Assembly: GCF_900232105.1 (NCBI RefSeq)
Contig: NZ_LT934425.1
Coordinates: 1,860,001 to 1,892,000, forward strand
Reading direction: 5' to 3'
Source: Candidatus Kuenenia stuttgartensis
Lineage (GTDB): Bacteria; Planctomycetota; Brocadiia; Brocadiales; Brocadiaceae
Length of the DNA stretch: 32,000 nucleotides
The translations under genes and the position numbers were made by a program. Below the pieces are notes generated by a model. It was not told the origin of the DNA and ran no database searches. It saw only the letters and a program-made list of their open reading frames with translations. Below, piece after piece: positions 1 through 10,244 of the stretch (the stretch's first letter is position 1; each line of letters opens with the position of its first letter).

Positions 1-372
1 GCTATCATGATGGGTGATTATGATTCGGTGAAAAAGGAAGCAGACATCGTCGTTGAGAAAAGCGAGAGCTTGTTGAGAAGTTTTTTCCCGGAAGGGGAAC
101 CTGTTGGTAAATGGATGGAAGGCTCTGGTATTTCAGGTTTAGATCAAAACAATCCAAAGATGGTACAGGCGGTGAAAGAGGATGTTGAAAAATACATACT
201 CAAGATCACCAGCTCGGCAAAAAAAATAGCAGAAATTTCTACAAAACAAAATATTGCAGAGACGTATAATAGCTTTGATTTGATGCTAAGGGATGCTTGC
301 TTTAAATGTCATGAGACCTATCGTTCCAAGTGGCCTGAATGGCCTGAATGGATGCAGATAGGCGGGGGATAA
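1..372 (+). CDS. cytochrome c'-like (c-556 type) protein, 5' end truncated by window edge
   Basis: Frame is open from base 1. Helical protein with a single C-terminal heme motif CFKCH followed by ETYR, the layout of the cytochrome c' four-helix-bundle family. Confidence 0.7.
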   Translation, partial: AIMMGDYDSVKKEADIVVEKSESLLRSFFPEGEPVGKWMEGSGISGLDQNNPKMVQAVKEDVEKYILKITSSAKKIAEISTKQNIAETYNSFDLMLRDACFKCHETYRSKWPEWPEWMQIGGG

Positions 373-434
373 AAAAATTTAAGAAATCGTAAAAACCTTT
401 TTTATGTTCTGCTGGAACATAGAAGGGAGGAGCA

Positions 435-854
435 ATGAGACCCGAACAAATAGAGCTGGTTCGGAAGACATTTGCAAAAATTCAACCTGTTTCCTACAAA
501 GCAGCGGAAATGTTTTACAGGCATTTGTTTGAGACAGACCCTTCATTAAGACAACTTTTTAAAAGAGACATAAAGAAACAAGGGCGTATGCTCATGCAAA
601 TGATTGACTTTGCAGTCAAAGGTTTAGACGACCCGGAAATAATCCTGCCTGCAATTCAGGCGCTGGGAAAACGTCATGTTGGATATGGAGTAAAAGAAGA
701 GCATTATGAAACTGTCGGCAATGCTTTGCTTTGGACTTTAGAGCAGGGTTTGGGAGATGCTTTTACCTTGGAGGTAAAAGAAGCATGGAGTGAGGCGTAT
801 AAATTACTGGCAGGTGTAATGATCGAAGCTGCAAGTGGCAGCAAATGCACCTAA
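435..854 (+). CDS. single-domain bacterial globin (Vitreoscilla-type hemoglobin-like)
   Basis: 139 aa: MRPEQIELVRKTFAKIQPVSYKAAEMFYRHLFETDPSLRQLF...LGKRHVGYGVKEEHYETVGNALLWTLEQGLG. GGAGGAG Shine-Dalgarno just upstream of ATG. Confidence 0.92.
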   Translation: MRPEQIELVRKTFAKIQPVSYKAAEMFYRHLFETDPSLRQLFKRDIKKQGRMLMQMIDFAVKGLDDPEIILPAIQALGKRHVGYGVKEEHYETVGNALLWTLEQGLGDAFTLEVKEAWSEAYKLLAGVMIEAASGSKCT

Positions 855-876
855 CTTTCGTTCTTTGAAAAAACAT

Positions 877-941
877 GGGCGAAGCATTTGCCAATTTGGG
901 TATTTGCGTATTAATGACATCTTATAGCAAATGCTTCGCCC
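877..941. repeat. Long hairpin/palindromic element between convergent genes; possible minus-strand terminator or REP/MITE-like repeat
   Basis: Perfect 15-bp inverted repeat GGGCGAAGCATTTGC (877-891) / GCAAATGCTTCGCCC (927-941), 35-nt spacer. On the minus strand it is followed by ATGTTTTTTC. Confidence 0.75.
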
Positions 942-971
942 CTATATTAAAAATTCATTAATAAGGTTTCC

Positions 972-2198
972 TTACACCATAATTTTTTGTTTACTTTCTT
1001 CGACTGCAATTACCGTCCCGCAGCCGATTTCTTCATCTGTTAAGTAGCATGCGGGGTCATGCTCCCATATATCGCCGTAGAATGCCTCTGCCCTTGCTCT
1101 AAAGTTTCCTCCGCATATATTCAGCCATTTACACAAGGCGCAACGCCCTTTTATATAGGGGTTTTTATTTTTAAGTTTTGCCATTAGTTCATTTGATGTA
1201 TCTTCCCATATTTCGCTGAACTTTCTCTTTCTCACGTTTCCAAAGGAATATTGCCTCCAGAATTGATCTGCGTAAACCTCGCCATCCCAACTAATACAGG
1301 CCAACCCTTTGCCGGAGCTGTTTCCCTCGTTCCACTGAAGAAGTTCCAATACATCCTTTGCCCTCTTCGCATCTTCTTTCAACAGACGTAAGTAAATATA
1401 CGGGCCATCCGCATGATTATCTACCGTAAGCACTTCTATCTTCTTACCTTTGTCGTGGGATTCTTTTGTTTTATTTATTATTAAATCTACGACTTTCCGC
1501 GTTTCTTCGTGAGAAAGATCCTCTTCGATCAAATTGGAACCTCTTCCCGAGTATACCAAATGATAAAAACATACCCGTGGTATATTTTCCTTTTCAATAA
1601 GGTGGAATATCCCAGGGATATCATGCGCATTGCGCTTATTGATTGTAAAACGAAGTCCAACTTTTATGCCGGCTGCCATACAATTTCTTATGCCTTCTAT
1701 TGCCAGGTCAAATGCTCCCGGAATGCCCCGAAAACGATCATTTGTTTCCCTAAGTCCGTCCAGACTGATCCCAACATAAGAAAGGCCGAATTTTTTCAGT
1801 TCATCCGCCTTTTCTTTCGTAATCAATGTGCCGTTAGTACTTATTACCGCCCGTAATCCTTGCGCTTTGGCATATTCTATCAATTCCAGAAGGTCTGGGC
1901 GCATGAGTGGCTCTCCACCGGAAAAAAGAATCACCGGGGCGCCGTACTCAGCTATGTCATCCAACATTGCCTTTGCCTCTTTTGTTGATAATTCATTTGG
2001 ATATTCGATATCTTTCGATTGAGAATAACAATGTACGCATTTTAAATTACATCTTTGGCCTACATTCCAAACAACAACGGGTTTTTTATCTTTTGAAAAT
2101 TGCAATAAATGTGACGGAAGTTTTTTGGATTCTCTTCCATATCTTAAAGCATCAGAAGGTTCAACCGTTCCACAATATAATTTTGATATACCAATCAT
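972..2198 (-). CDS. radical SAM/SPASM protein, NirJ/AhbD-like (heme or heme d1 biosynthesis family)
   Basis: Radical SAM motif CNLKCVHC, SGGEPL, STNGTLI, SLDG, and C-terminal SPASM-like cysteines (CALCKWLNICGG...C). N-terminal SKLYCGTVEPSDALRYG and WDGEVYADQFW resemble the NirJ/AhbD family. Confidence 0.85.
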   Translation of the reverse strand: MIGISKLYCGTVEPSDALRYGRESKKLPSHLLQFSKDKKPVVVWNVGQRCNLKCVHCYSQSKDIEYPNELSTKEAKAMLDDIAEYGAPVILFSGGEPLMRPDLLELIEYAKAQGLRAVISTNGTLITKEKADELKKFGLSYVGISLDGLRETNDRFRGIPGAFDLAIEGIRNCMAAGIKVGLRFTINKRNAHDIPGIFHLIEKENIPRVCFYHLVYSGRGSNLIEEDLSHEETRKVVDLIINKTKESHDKGKKIEVLTVDNHADGPYIYLRLLKEDAKRAKDVLELLQWNEGNSSGKGLACISWDGEVYADQFWRQYSFGNVRKRKFSEIWEDTSNELMAKLKNKNPYIKGRCALCKWLNICGGNFRARAEAFYGDIWEHDPACYLTDEEIGCGTVIAVEESKQKIMV

Positions 2199-2362
2199 AT
2201 CTTTCTCCTGTTAATACGAAACATACACAACAACGACTAACAACACCTACTTTAAAATAGCATTATTTTCGCAGTATATATTTCTCTCTACGATGAATAA
2301 ATTATCATTTATGTAATAATTTTTATTCTAACAAAATAACGTCCATAAATATATTCTAAAAT

Positions 2363-3508
2363 CTACTGCCCAACTGCATAAAGGCGCCAGTCGGCGCAGC
2401 CAATGTAAATATTGTTTCGGGAATCTATTGCCGGCGAAGAAAGCAATGAGTTTTTAAAATCAAGTTTCCACTTAAGAGAGCCGTCTTTATTTATAGCGTA
2501 TAAATTACCATCCCATGACCCGACATAAATAATGTCCTTTGCATCAACCGTTGGAGTTGCGGTGACAGGTTTATTTGTTTTAAACTTCCATTTTAAACTT
2601 CCATCATTCTTCACTGCACATACACCGCCATCGTGTGTGCCAATGCAAATTGTTCCATCAGAGCAGAGTACCGGCGAAGAGTGCGTGCGGGAGTCAAGAT
2701 CAAATCCCCATTTCAGGGTACCGTCCAGATTAACTGCATATAATTTTCCAGTTACATCGGCAATATATATTACACTGTTGCCAATTGCGGGAGAAGCGTC
2801 TATTTTGCCTTCTGTCCGGAATTTCCACATCAAACCACCATCCCTTTTAATGGCATACAGGTGTTTATCCCACGAGCCGACATAAATTGTATTATTTTGC
2901 CCGATAGCAGGAGAAGATGCAATAATTGCAGATCCTGTCTTAAATTTCCATAAAAGCTTTCCCTGAGCATCGACCGCATAAAGATTGCCATCATAGGCGC
3001 CAAAATAAATATTGCCCTCTGCATCAATAACCGGCGAGGAATGGATGGACGTATTTGTGTTGAATTTCCATTTCATTTTTCCGTAAGCATCAACTGTATA
3101 AAGATTTCCATCAACCGCTCCAAAATAGATGTCTCCGTTTTCCCCCACCGCGGGCGTTGCAAAAATCTCATCTTCCGACTTAAATGCCCACAAAACATTC
3201 CCTTCAGGGGCTATTGCTAACAAATTACCATCCGTGCTTGTTATATAAATATTTCCTTCTTTAGAAATTACCGGAGAAGACCATATCTCACCGGCGCTGG
3301 AAACATACCACTTTATCTCGTTTTTAAAAGGCCCATCGAAAGGCGTTTTGCCAGTCCTTTCTCTGTTGTATTTGAACATGGGAAATGCACTGTTGGCATC
3401 TGTTGCGTAAACATTCCCGCTATCGACATAATCGCATATCACAATAGTGCACAGAATAAAACAAAATATGCGTATCAAGTCCTTTGCCGGATTATTTTCT
3501 AATTTCAT
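2363..3508 (-). CDS. secreted PQQ-binding-like beta-propeller repeat protein
   Basis: N-terminal signal-like segment, then about eight repeats of the type GNIYFGAxDGNLYAVDAxGKLLWKF. Confidence 0.9.
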   Translation of the reverse strand: MKLENNPAKDLIRIFCFILCTIVICDYVDSGNVYATDANSAFPMFKYNRERTGKTPFDGPFKNEIKWYVSSAGEIWSSPVISKEGNIYITSTDGNLLAIAPEGNVLWAFKSEDEIFATPAVGENGDIYFGAVDGNLYTVDAYGKMKWKFNTNTSIHSSPVIDAEGNIYFGAYDGNLYAVDAQGKLLWKFKTGSAIIASSPAIGQNNTIYVGSWDKHLYAIKRDGGLMWKFRTEGKIDASPAIGNSVIYIADVTGKLYAVNLDGTLKWGFDLDSRTHSSPVLCSDGTICIGTHDGGVCAVKNDGSLKWKFKTNKPVTATPTVDAKDIIYVGSWDGNLYAINKDGSLKWKLDFKNSLLSSPAIDSRNNIYIGCADWRLYAVGQ

Positions 3509-3726
3509 TTATTTTTTTTCCTTATTTAAATTAGGTTGGGTTTTAAAAAACTAAAAACCTTACAACAAATGAGGCTAAAATAGCGGCTTTTAGTGCTGCA
3601 GACAGGAGGAAAACCTTGGCTATACACCTTGTTTTGTCCTACCGAGAACGCAGGTAGAACCTGCAGGGATAAGATATGCAAAATATGCTGGATACCGATA
3701 TAAATAAAAGGGGAAATCCACTGCTA

Positions 3727-4617
3727 TTAAATGTCAGGGATAATCAATTCCTGGCCGGCCTTTAATACATTTGCATTTTTTATATTGTGTTTATTTGCCT
3801 CTAATATTTTTTTCCATTTTGATCCGTCTTTATAATGCTTTAAAGCAATTTTATACAATGAATCTCCCGCCTGCACGACGTGTTTCTTTGCGGCTGTTGT
3901 TTGTTCAGTTACTTCATGCGCCACCAAACGCGTACTTCTTTCATCTGATACCTGCGCAGGGATTTCATTTTTATTTGGTATAATGAGTTCCGTACCCACG
4001 CGAAGATTGTTGCGGTCATAAATCCGATCCTGGTTTGCATTAAAAATCAGCAGCCATTTATTATCATCGCCATAATATTTCCTGGCAATTTTATGCAGGG
4101 TGTCCCTCTCTTGCACCTTATATATCACGACGTTTGGGTTTTGCGACGATTCTGATTCTGCGGGTAGAATGCTTTTTCCCTGATACTCGTGTTCCCGGCT
4201 TTTGATAGCCTGTTTTTGACTGCCTGCCGCAACTTTGTTTTCGGCATTGCCTGCATTCCTCAATTCACCCTCAATTACATAGTCTTGCTCTTCAACTGCC
4301 GGTTCCTGTCCAATGTTTTCTCTTTTTGGCTCTACCCCTCCACGGATTTCGTCCTCCTTCTTTGCCAGGTCTTCGCCTTGTGGAGATAAGCCTTCCGGAT
4401 GCTTAGGAAGTTCATTCAGACTTAATAAATCCCGTGATACATCACCATCTATTTCCGGAATGGGGATAATAGGCTCTTTTACATTGGTTCTTGTGCTAAG
4501 AAAAACTCCGATAATTGCAAGAATAATCACTCCCAAGATAACGCCGACCTGCACATCTCTTTTCATAATTTTTGTCCCTTTCTTTTGCCGCAATAGGAAT
4601 GAATACTTAAAAATCAA
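3727..4617 (-). CDS. membrane-anchored protein with two LysM domains
   Basis: N-terminal TM (VGVILGVIILAIIGVFL) and two C-terminal LysM modules (YKVQERDTLHKIARKYYGD...LIIPN; HVVQAGDSLYKIALKHYKD...LIIPDI). Start may be an internal Met (MKRDVQVG). Confidence 0.88.
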   Translation of the reverse strand: MIFKYSFLLRQKKGTKIMKRDVQVGVILGVIILAIIGVFLSTRTNVKEPIIPIPEIDGDVSRDLLSLNELPKHPEGLSPQGEDLAKKEDEIRGGVEPKRENIGQEPAVEEQDYVIEGELRNAGNAENKVAAGSQKQAIKSREHEYQGKSILPAESESSQNPNVVIYKVQERDTLHKIARKYYGDDNKWLLIFNANQDRIYDRNNLRVGTELIIPNKNEIPAQVSDERSTRLVAHEVTEQTTAAKKHVVQAGDSLYKIALKHYKDGSKWKKILEANKHNIKNANVLKAGQELIIPDI

Positions 4618-4759
4618 CGCAGAACCATGTCTTGCTTTTTGTTAAAATGTTATTTCGTCCATCCAATACTATAGCCAAACAAATATGATTTTAGAAATTT
4701 TGCGATAAAATGGCTTTCTAAAAAACAGATTTATCTGACTAAGCATACTATCAAACATA

Positions 4760-4792
4760 CCCCTTAATCTCCTCTAAGAAGAGGAGCCGGGG
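4760..4792. repeat. imperfect hairpin element
   Basis: CCCC-ttaat-CTCCTCT-aaga-AGAGGAG-cc-GGGG: a 7-bp perfect inner stem with outer C/G pairing. Confidence 0.5.
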
Positions 4793-4798
4793 AGTGTG

Positions 4799-4818
4799 TA
4801 AATTTTTCGAAAAATTTA
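4799..4818. repeat. 20-bp perfect palindrome
   Basis: TAAATTTTTCGAAAAATTTA equals its own reverse complement. Confidence 0.7.
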
Positions 4819-4839
4819 ATATAATCTCTTAATATCTAT

Positions 4840-4891
4840 AGGGTGGGTTGGCGCACGGGCAACCTTGTTTGTCCGTGCGCCAACCCACCCT
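4840..4891. repeat. GC-rich near-perfect hairpin, 23-bp stem
   Basis: AGGGTGGGTTGGCGCACGGGCAA (4840-4862) pairs with TTGTCCGTGCGCCAACCCACCCT (4869-4891), one G/T mismatch, 6-nt loop CCTTGT. Confidence 0.85.
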
Positions 4892-5052
4892 TAATTTACC
4901 CTCTCAGCAGGGACTTTTTATATTTTCCCAACTTGGGATAGTTTAGAGGAATGGGCTAAACTATTACCCAGACAAAAGACTCCTGCCGGATAAATCATTA
5001 GCACTATTCAAATTTACCGATACACAAAGCCTTTAAAGGCCTACCGTCTGTT

Positions 5053-8000
5053 TTATGCCTTATTCGCCGATACAACCGCCTTTCCCTTTTGCTTTTGTGA
5101 GGTATGTCTTACTTTTGGCGCAGATTGCCCTCTAAGCAACAACGGAGAAGCTATAAAAATAGAAGAATACGTGCCCACTATAATACCCGTTAACATAACA
5201 AAGGCAAATCCATGAATTTCCGCTCCGCCAAGGAAGAACAAGGAGAACAATACACCAATAGTAGTAGCGCTTGTCAATATCGTACGGCTTAACGTCTGGC
5301 TAATACTTTCATTGATGAGTTGTGCGTTTAATATCTTGCCGCGTCCCTCCATGTTCTCTCTGATTCTGTCAAAAACAATTATCGTATCATTCAGCGAATA
5401 TCCCACTACAGCAAGAAACGCCGCAACCATTGAACTGTCGAATTTCATATTGCCGAATAAATAGTCCGCTACAGCCACAACTCCCAACGTTATAAGAATA
5501 TCATGAATAACCGCAATAATTGCTGCAGAACCAAATCTGAAATCCCCAAAACGAAACCATACGTAAAATATAGTCGCTGCGCACGCAAAGAAGACCCCTA
5601 ATATAGCGCGGCTTTTCATCTCATCTGCCACCGTTGAGCCAATGCTTACAACTCTCTTTAGTGGATTGGGAACAATAAACGCCTTTTGAATCGCTTCCTT
5701 TGCTGCTCCAACATTTTGTTGTTCGTTAAAGGATAACGCAACCGTTTGATATTCCTTGTCCATTGCCAGATTTTCAGTCAATAAGCCTGTATAACCCGCA
5801 GAATCCAATGTCTTTTCTATCGTTTCCTTGCGAAGGGGTTTCGACAATGTCATGTTGAAGAGGTAATCGCCAATTTCCTGAAAAGCCACATCGATCTTTT
5901 CTTCGTACAGGTTGTCTTTGAATTTGTTTATAATATCCTCTTTGATTTTTTCCTGTATCTTTTCCGCGCTCAATGGATTCAGGTGAATTGCAAATGTTTG
6001 CGCTGGCGCGTCCAGGGTATAAACACTTTTAATCATGTTTTTCACCGCCCTGATTTTGCTTATCATGCTGACAAAATCTGATTTGCTTATTTTGTCTTTC
6101 AATTCCACCTTTACAGCAGATGTATCCCCATCAAAATAAATCCCAGGCAAAGAAATTTTATCGTTAAAGGATTGCTTTATATTTTGCAAAGCCGTTCTTG
6201 ATCCTTCAATTCTTAGCTTGTTAACAGTACCTTTTTTTTCACTCCCGGGCTGTTCGGTCACTTTGACATTATTAAAACCCTGCCTGTTTAATTCAATTTC
6301 TAACAATACAGGGGCTATTCGTCTGTTTAAATCAACCTCTATAAAAGGTACTGACATTTGTGCCTGCAATGTTTCAACCACCTCACCCAGAGTTATCTTC
6401 GCCTCCTGGAATACAAGATGGTCTTTAAGTCCATTTACCATTGCACCTATCAAGCGTGACCTCTCTGGCTCCTCATCAATTCCGGCAATATTTAATAAAT
6501 ATTTATTGGCAAGGAGGTTAACAGGCATTATGGACGCCACATCTTCCTCGCTATATCCAGCCTGTTTCAGATTTTTTTGCACTGCTAATTCATCTATTGG
6601 CCTTTGCAATTTTAAATTAAATATTGTCGGCTTTATAAAATCGATACCCTGTAATAATTCCGTCTGGCCAAATACATTGCTTATATCCGTAGCAATTTTT
6701 TGCTTTTCCTTTTCTTCGTTTATCTCTTTAATTCTTATGCCAAACTCATCTGCTTTTGAAACAAACTGAGTCAGGTTTTCGCCTGACCATATGCTCTGCA
6801 CCTCTGCTTCCCCATAACCTGCATCTTTTAATGATGTTCTGATAAAACCAGGTGTTGTTTCGTTTTTCAGGTGTAAATGCACGAGCGTTCCGCCGGTAAA
6901 ATCTATATCATACTTTTTGTCTCCGCGAATGACAAAAAAGGTCATGCCGCCAAGAACACAGACCCCGGAAACGATAAATAAAATATGCCGTATGCTAAGG
7001 AACCTGATGTCTGGAACACCAATTAGCCTCAACATCGAAAAACTCTTTACCCATTTTAAATCCATTAACAATTCATATATTGTTCTCGTAACAAATATTG
7101 CGGTAAACAAGTTTATAATCAAACCAATGATCAATATCCATGCAAAGCCTTTTACCGGGCCTGTGCCGACTGAGGCAAGTATTACGCCGGTAATTAACGT
7201 CGTAATATTAGAATCGAAAATTGCGGAAAACGCCTTTTGGTATCCTGCTTTCACCGCAGCGCGAATAGGTTTTCCCTTTGCCCTTTCTTCTCGGATTCTT
7301 TCGTAAATAAGCACATTCGCATCTACGCCCATACCTATCATGAGCACTAACCCTGCTATTCCGGGAAGCGTTAATGTTGCGTTCAGCAATGCCATTATCC
7401 CAATGATCAAAAACACATTCAATGCGTTCGCAAAATTTGCAACCCAACCTATGCCCAGATAGTAAATACCTATAAAGAGGACAACAAAGATTCCCCCGAT
7501 AATACCAGCCGTCAGGCCTTTATTGATAGAATCCCTTCCCAGACTTGGGCCAACCATGGTCTCCATTTCCAGCTCCAGGTCTGCCGGAAGACTTCCCGCC
7601 CTCATTGTCGCAATAAGTTCATTGACTTCGTTCTGTGTAAAACTCCCCTCAATAATGCCCTTTCCCGGTATGCGGTCACGTATTGTTGGGGCGGAATATA
7701 AAATTCCATCCAAAATAATCGCCAGCGGCTTGCCGATGTTTCTCTCCGTAATTTGCCCGAATTTCGATTTTCCTGCAGCGTCAAATTCAAAACCGACTAC
7801 AGGCTCTATCCCCTTTGTATCCGCATAAATTCTGGATAAATGTTCTCCGGTGATTTCTGTTGTATTTCTCACGAGGAACCACTTTCCTTCCTCTCCCTCT
7901 TCACCTTTTCGTTTCCGCAGCCAGTGTTTGTAATATCCGGGAACGCTTTTCCCTTCCATTGCGTCTTTATATTCAACGCTATCAGTGCTTGCGGCCAGGC

Positions 8001-8529
8001 GGAACTCCAGTTTCCCCAGCTTGGTTATGCGGTTTTTCAGGCTTTCCGTTTCACTCCTTGTTGCCCCCGGTACCTGAATAAGGATTCTCCTATGACCCTG
8101 CTCCTGTATCCTGTATTCCATCACACCCTGCGGATCTATCCTCTTTTTTAATACCTCAATAATTTCTTTTGTAATGCCAGGGCGGTCTTCTCTTTCATCT
8201 ACCCGGACCGTATAAAGCAACTCCGAACCGCCTTTAAGGTCCAATCCAAGTTTAATCTTTCCCTTTGTAAAATATTCAACGGTTTTGGTGGTTATCTTTT
8301 TGCCATCTGTACCAATTTCCTCGCCGATGATCGTTTCACGGATAATAGGATTCGTTACCAAAAAATGTGTCCATGCTTTCTCAACTATTTTGCTTTCAAT
8401 GACTTTGCCATCTGCTTCTTTTACCATCTCTCTCTTTAAGACCTTTTCCGCTGGTGGGTACAAGATCATAAATCCAATAGCAATCACTATCACAATGAGA
8501 GGTATCTTCCACCTTAAGTTTTTTCCCAT
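5053..8529 (-). CDS. secDF: SecD-SecF fusion protein translocase subunit
   Basis: 1158 aa. SecD part with LGLDLKGG, RIDPQGV, MGVDANVLIYERIREE. SecF part with DFTGGT, GYSLNDTIIVFDRIRE. Confidence 0.95.
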   Translation of the reverse strand: MGKNLRWKIPLIVIVIAIGFMILYPPAEKVLKREMVKEADGKVIESKIVEKAWTHFLVTNPIIRETIIGEEIGTDGKKITTKTVEYFTKGKIKLGLDLKGGSELLYTVRVDEREDRPGITKEIIEVLKKRIDPQGVMEYRIQEQGHRRILIQVPGATRSETESLKNRITKLGKLEFRLAASTDSVEYKDAMEGKSVPGYYKHWLRKRKGEEGEEGKWFLVRNTTEITGEHLSRIYADTKGIEPVVGFEFDAAGKSKFGQITERNIGKPLAIILDGILYSAPTIRDRIPGKGIIEGSFTQNEVNELIATMRAGSLPADLELEMETMVGPSLGRDSINKGLTAGIIGGIFVVLFIGIYYLGIGWVANFANALNVFLIIGIMALLNATLTLPGIAGLVLMIGMGVDANVLIYERIREERAKGKPIRAAVKAGYQKAFSAIFDSNITTLITGVILASVGTGPVKGFAWILIIGLIINLFTAIFVTRTIYELLMDLKWVKSFSMLRLIGVPDIRFLSIRHILFIVSGVCVLGGMTFFVIRGDKKYDIDFTGGTLVHLHLKNETTPGFIRTSLKDAGYGEAEVQSIWSGENLTQFVSKADEFGIRIKEINEEKEKQKIATDISNVFGQTELLQGIDFIKPTIFNLKLQRPIDELAVQKNLKQAGYSEEDVASIMPVNLLANKYLLNIAGIDEEPERSRLIGAMVNGLKDHLVFQEAKITLGEVVETLQAQMSVPFIEVDLNRRIAPVLLEIELNRQGFNNVKVTEQPGSEKKGTVNKLRIEGSRTALQNIKQSFNDKISLPGIYFDGDTSAVKVELKDKISKSDFVSMISKIRAVKNMIKSVYTLDAPAQTFAIHLNPLSAEKIQEKIKEDIINKFKDNLYEEKIDVAFQEIGDYLFNMTLSKPLRKETIEKTLDSAGYTGLLTENLAMDKEYQTVALSFNEQQNVGAAKEAIQKAFIVPNPLKRVVSIGSTVADEMKSRAILGVFFACAATIFYVWFRFGDFRFGSAAIIAVIHDILITLGVVAVADYLFGNMKFDSSMVAAFLAVVGYSLNDTIIVFDRIRENMEGRGKILNAQLINESISQTLSRTILTSATTIGVLFSLFFLGGAEIHGFAFVMLTGIIVGTYSSIFIASPLLLRGQSAPKVRHTSQKQKGKAVVSANKA

Positions 8530-8609
8530 TTCCGTTTCCGTCTCCTCAAACGGCTCCCTTTCCGTTATTCATGAAAAATTTGTCAAATCAACACAAAAGA
8601 GCAAAGTAT

Positions 8610-9011
8610 CTACTTCTTTTCCTTGCCCTCTTTTCCTTTGCTCTCTTTTTCCTTACTTTCTGACGTCATCGCCTCCGCTTCTGTTTCTTCTTCAACATCA
8701 CTATCATGCGAGGTTTCCAATACCGTGGCAATTGAACTCCTGTCCACCTTAACTTTAACGTCTTTTGACTCATCTATGCGAATAACCACCTCAGTTTCCC
8801 GCACAGAGGTAACAACCCCGTGAATACCTCCCGCGGTAATGACCCTGTCACTCTTTCTTATCCGGGACAATAATGCTTTACGCTCCTTTTCTTTTCTCTT
8901 TTGAGGCCGGAGTATTAAAAAATACATTACCACAAACATAAGTATAAATGGAAGCAATAAAGACATCATCCCGCCGGGCCCTTTTCCAGCCGCTTGTAAT
9001 AGAACAAGCAT
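8610..9011 (-). CDS. yajC: preprotein translocase subunit YajC
   Basis: 133 aa: single TM followed by FLILRPQKRKEKERKALLSRIRKSDRVITAGGIHGVV, in the canonical position upstream of secDF. Confidence 0.93.
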   Translation of the reverse strand: MLVLLQAAGKGPGGMMSLLLPFILMFVVMYFLILRPQKRKEKERKALLSRIRKSDRVITAGGIHGVVTSVRETEVVIRIDESKDVKVKVDRSSIATVLETSHDSDVEEETEAEAMTSESKEKESKGKEGKEKK

Positions 9012-9112
9012 AATATTCCTCCTTACTACTAAAAAAATTAAACGAACCTTTCCCCGTCAACTTCACCATATGCGACCAATGCCGCCAACACAATATTGCT
9101 GAAAAAAATCTT

Positions 9113-10219
<1,107 letters not shown>

Positions 10220-10244
10220 TTATTTCCCCCAAAAGAATGGGTGA

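Noticed and set aside
2363-3508. Regular ~120-bp periodicity considered as a DNA tandem repeat
   Set aside because: Explained by the beta-propeller protein repeats in the coding sequence; the nucleotide copies are diverged.
6218-6769. 183-aa plus-strand ORF, and similar ORFs opposite secDF
   Set aside because: Antisense shadows of the long secDF frame. No recognisable domain or ribosome-binding site.
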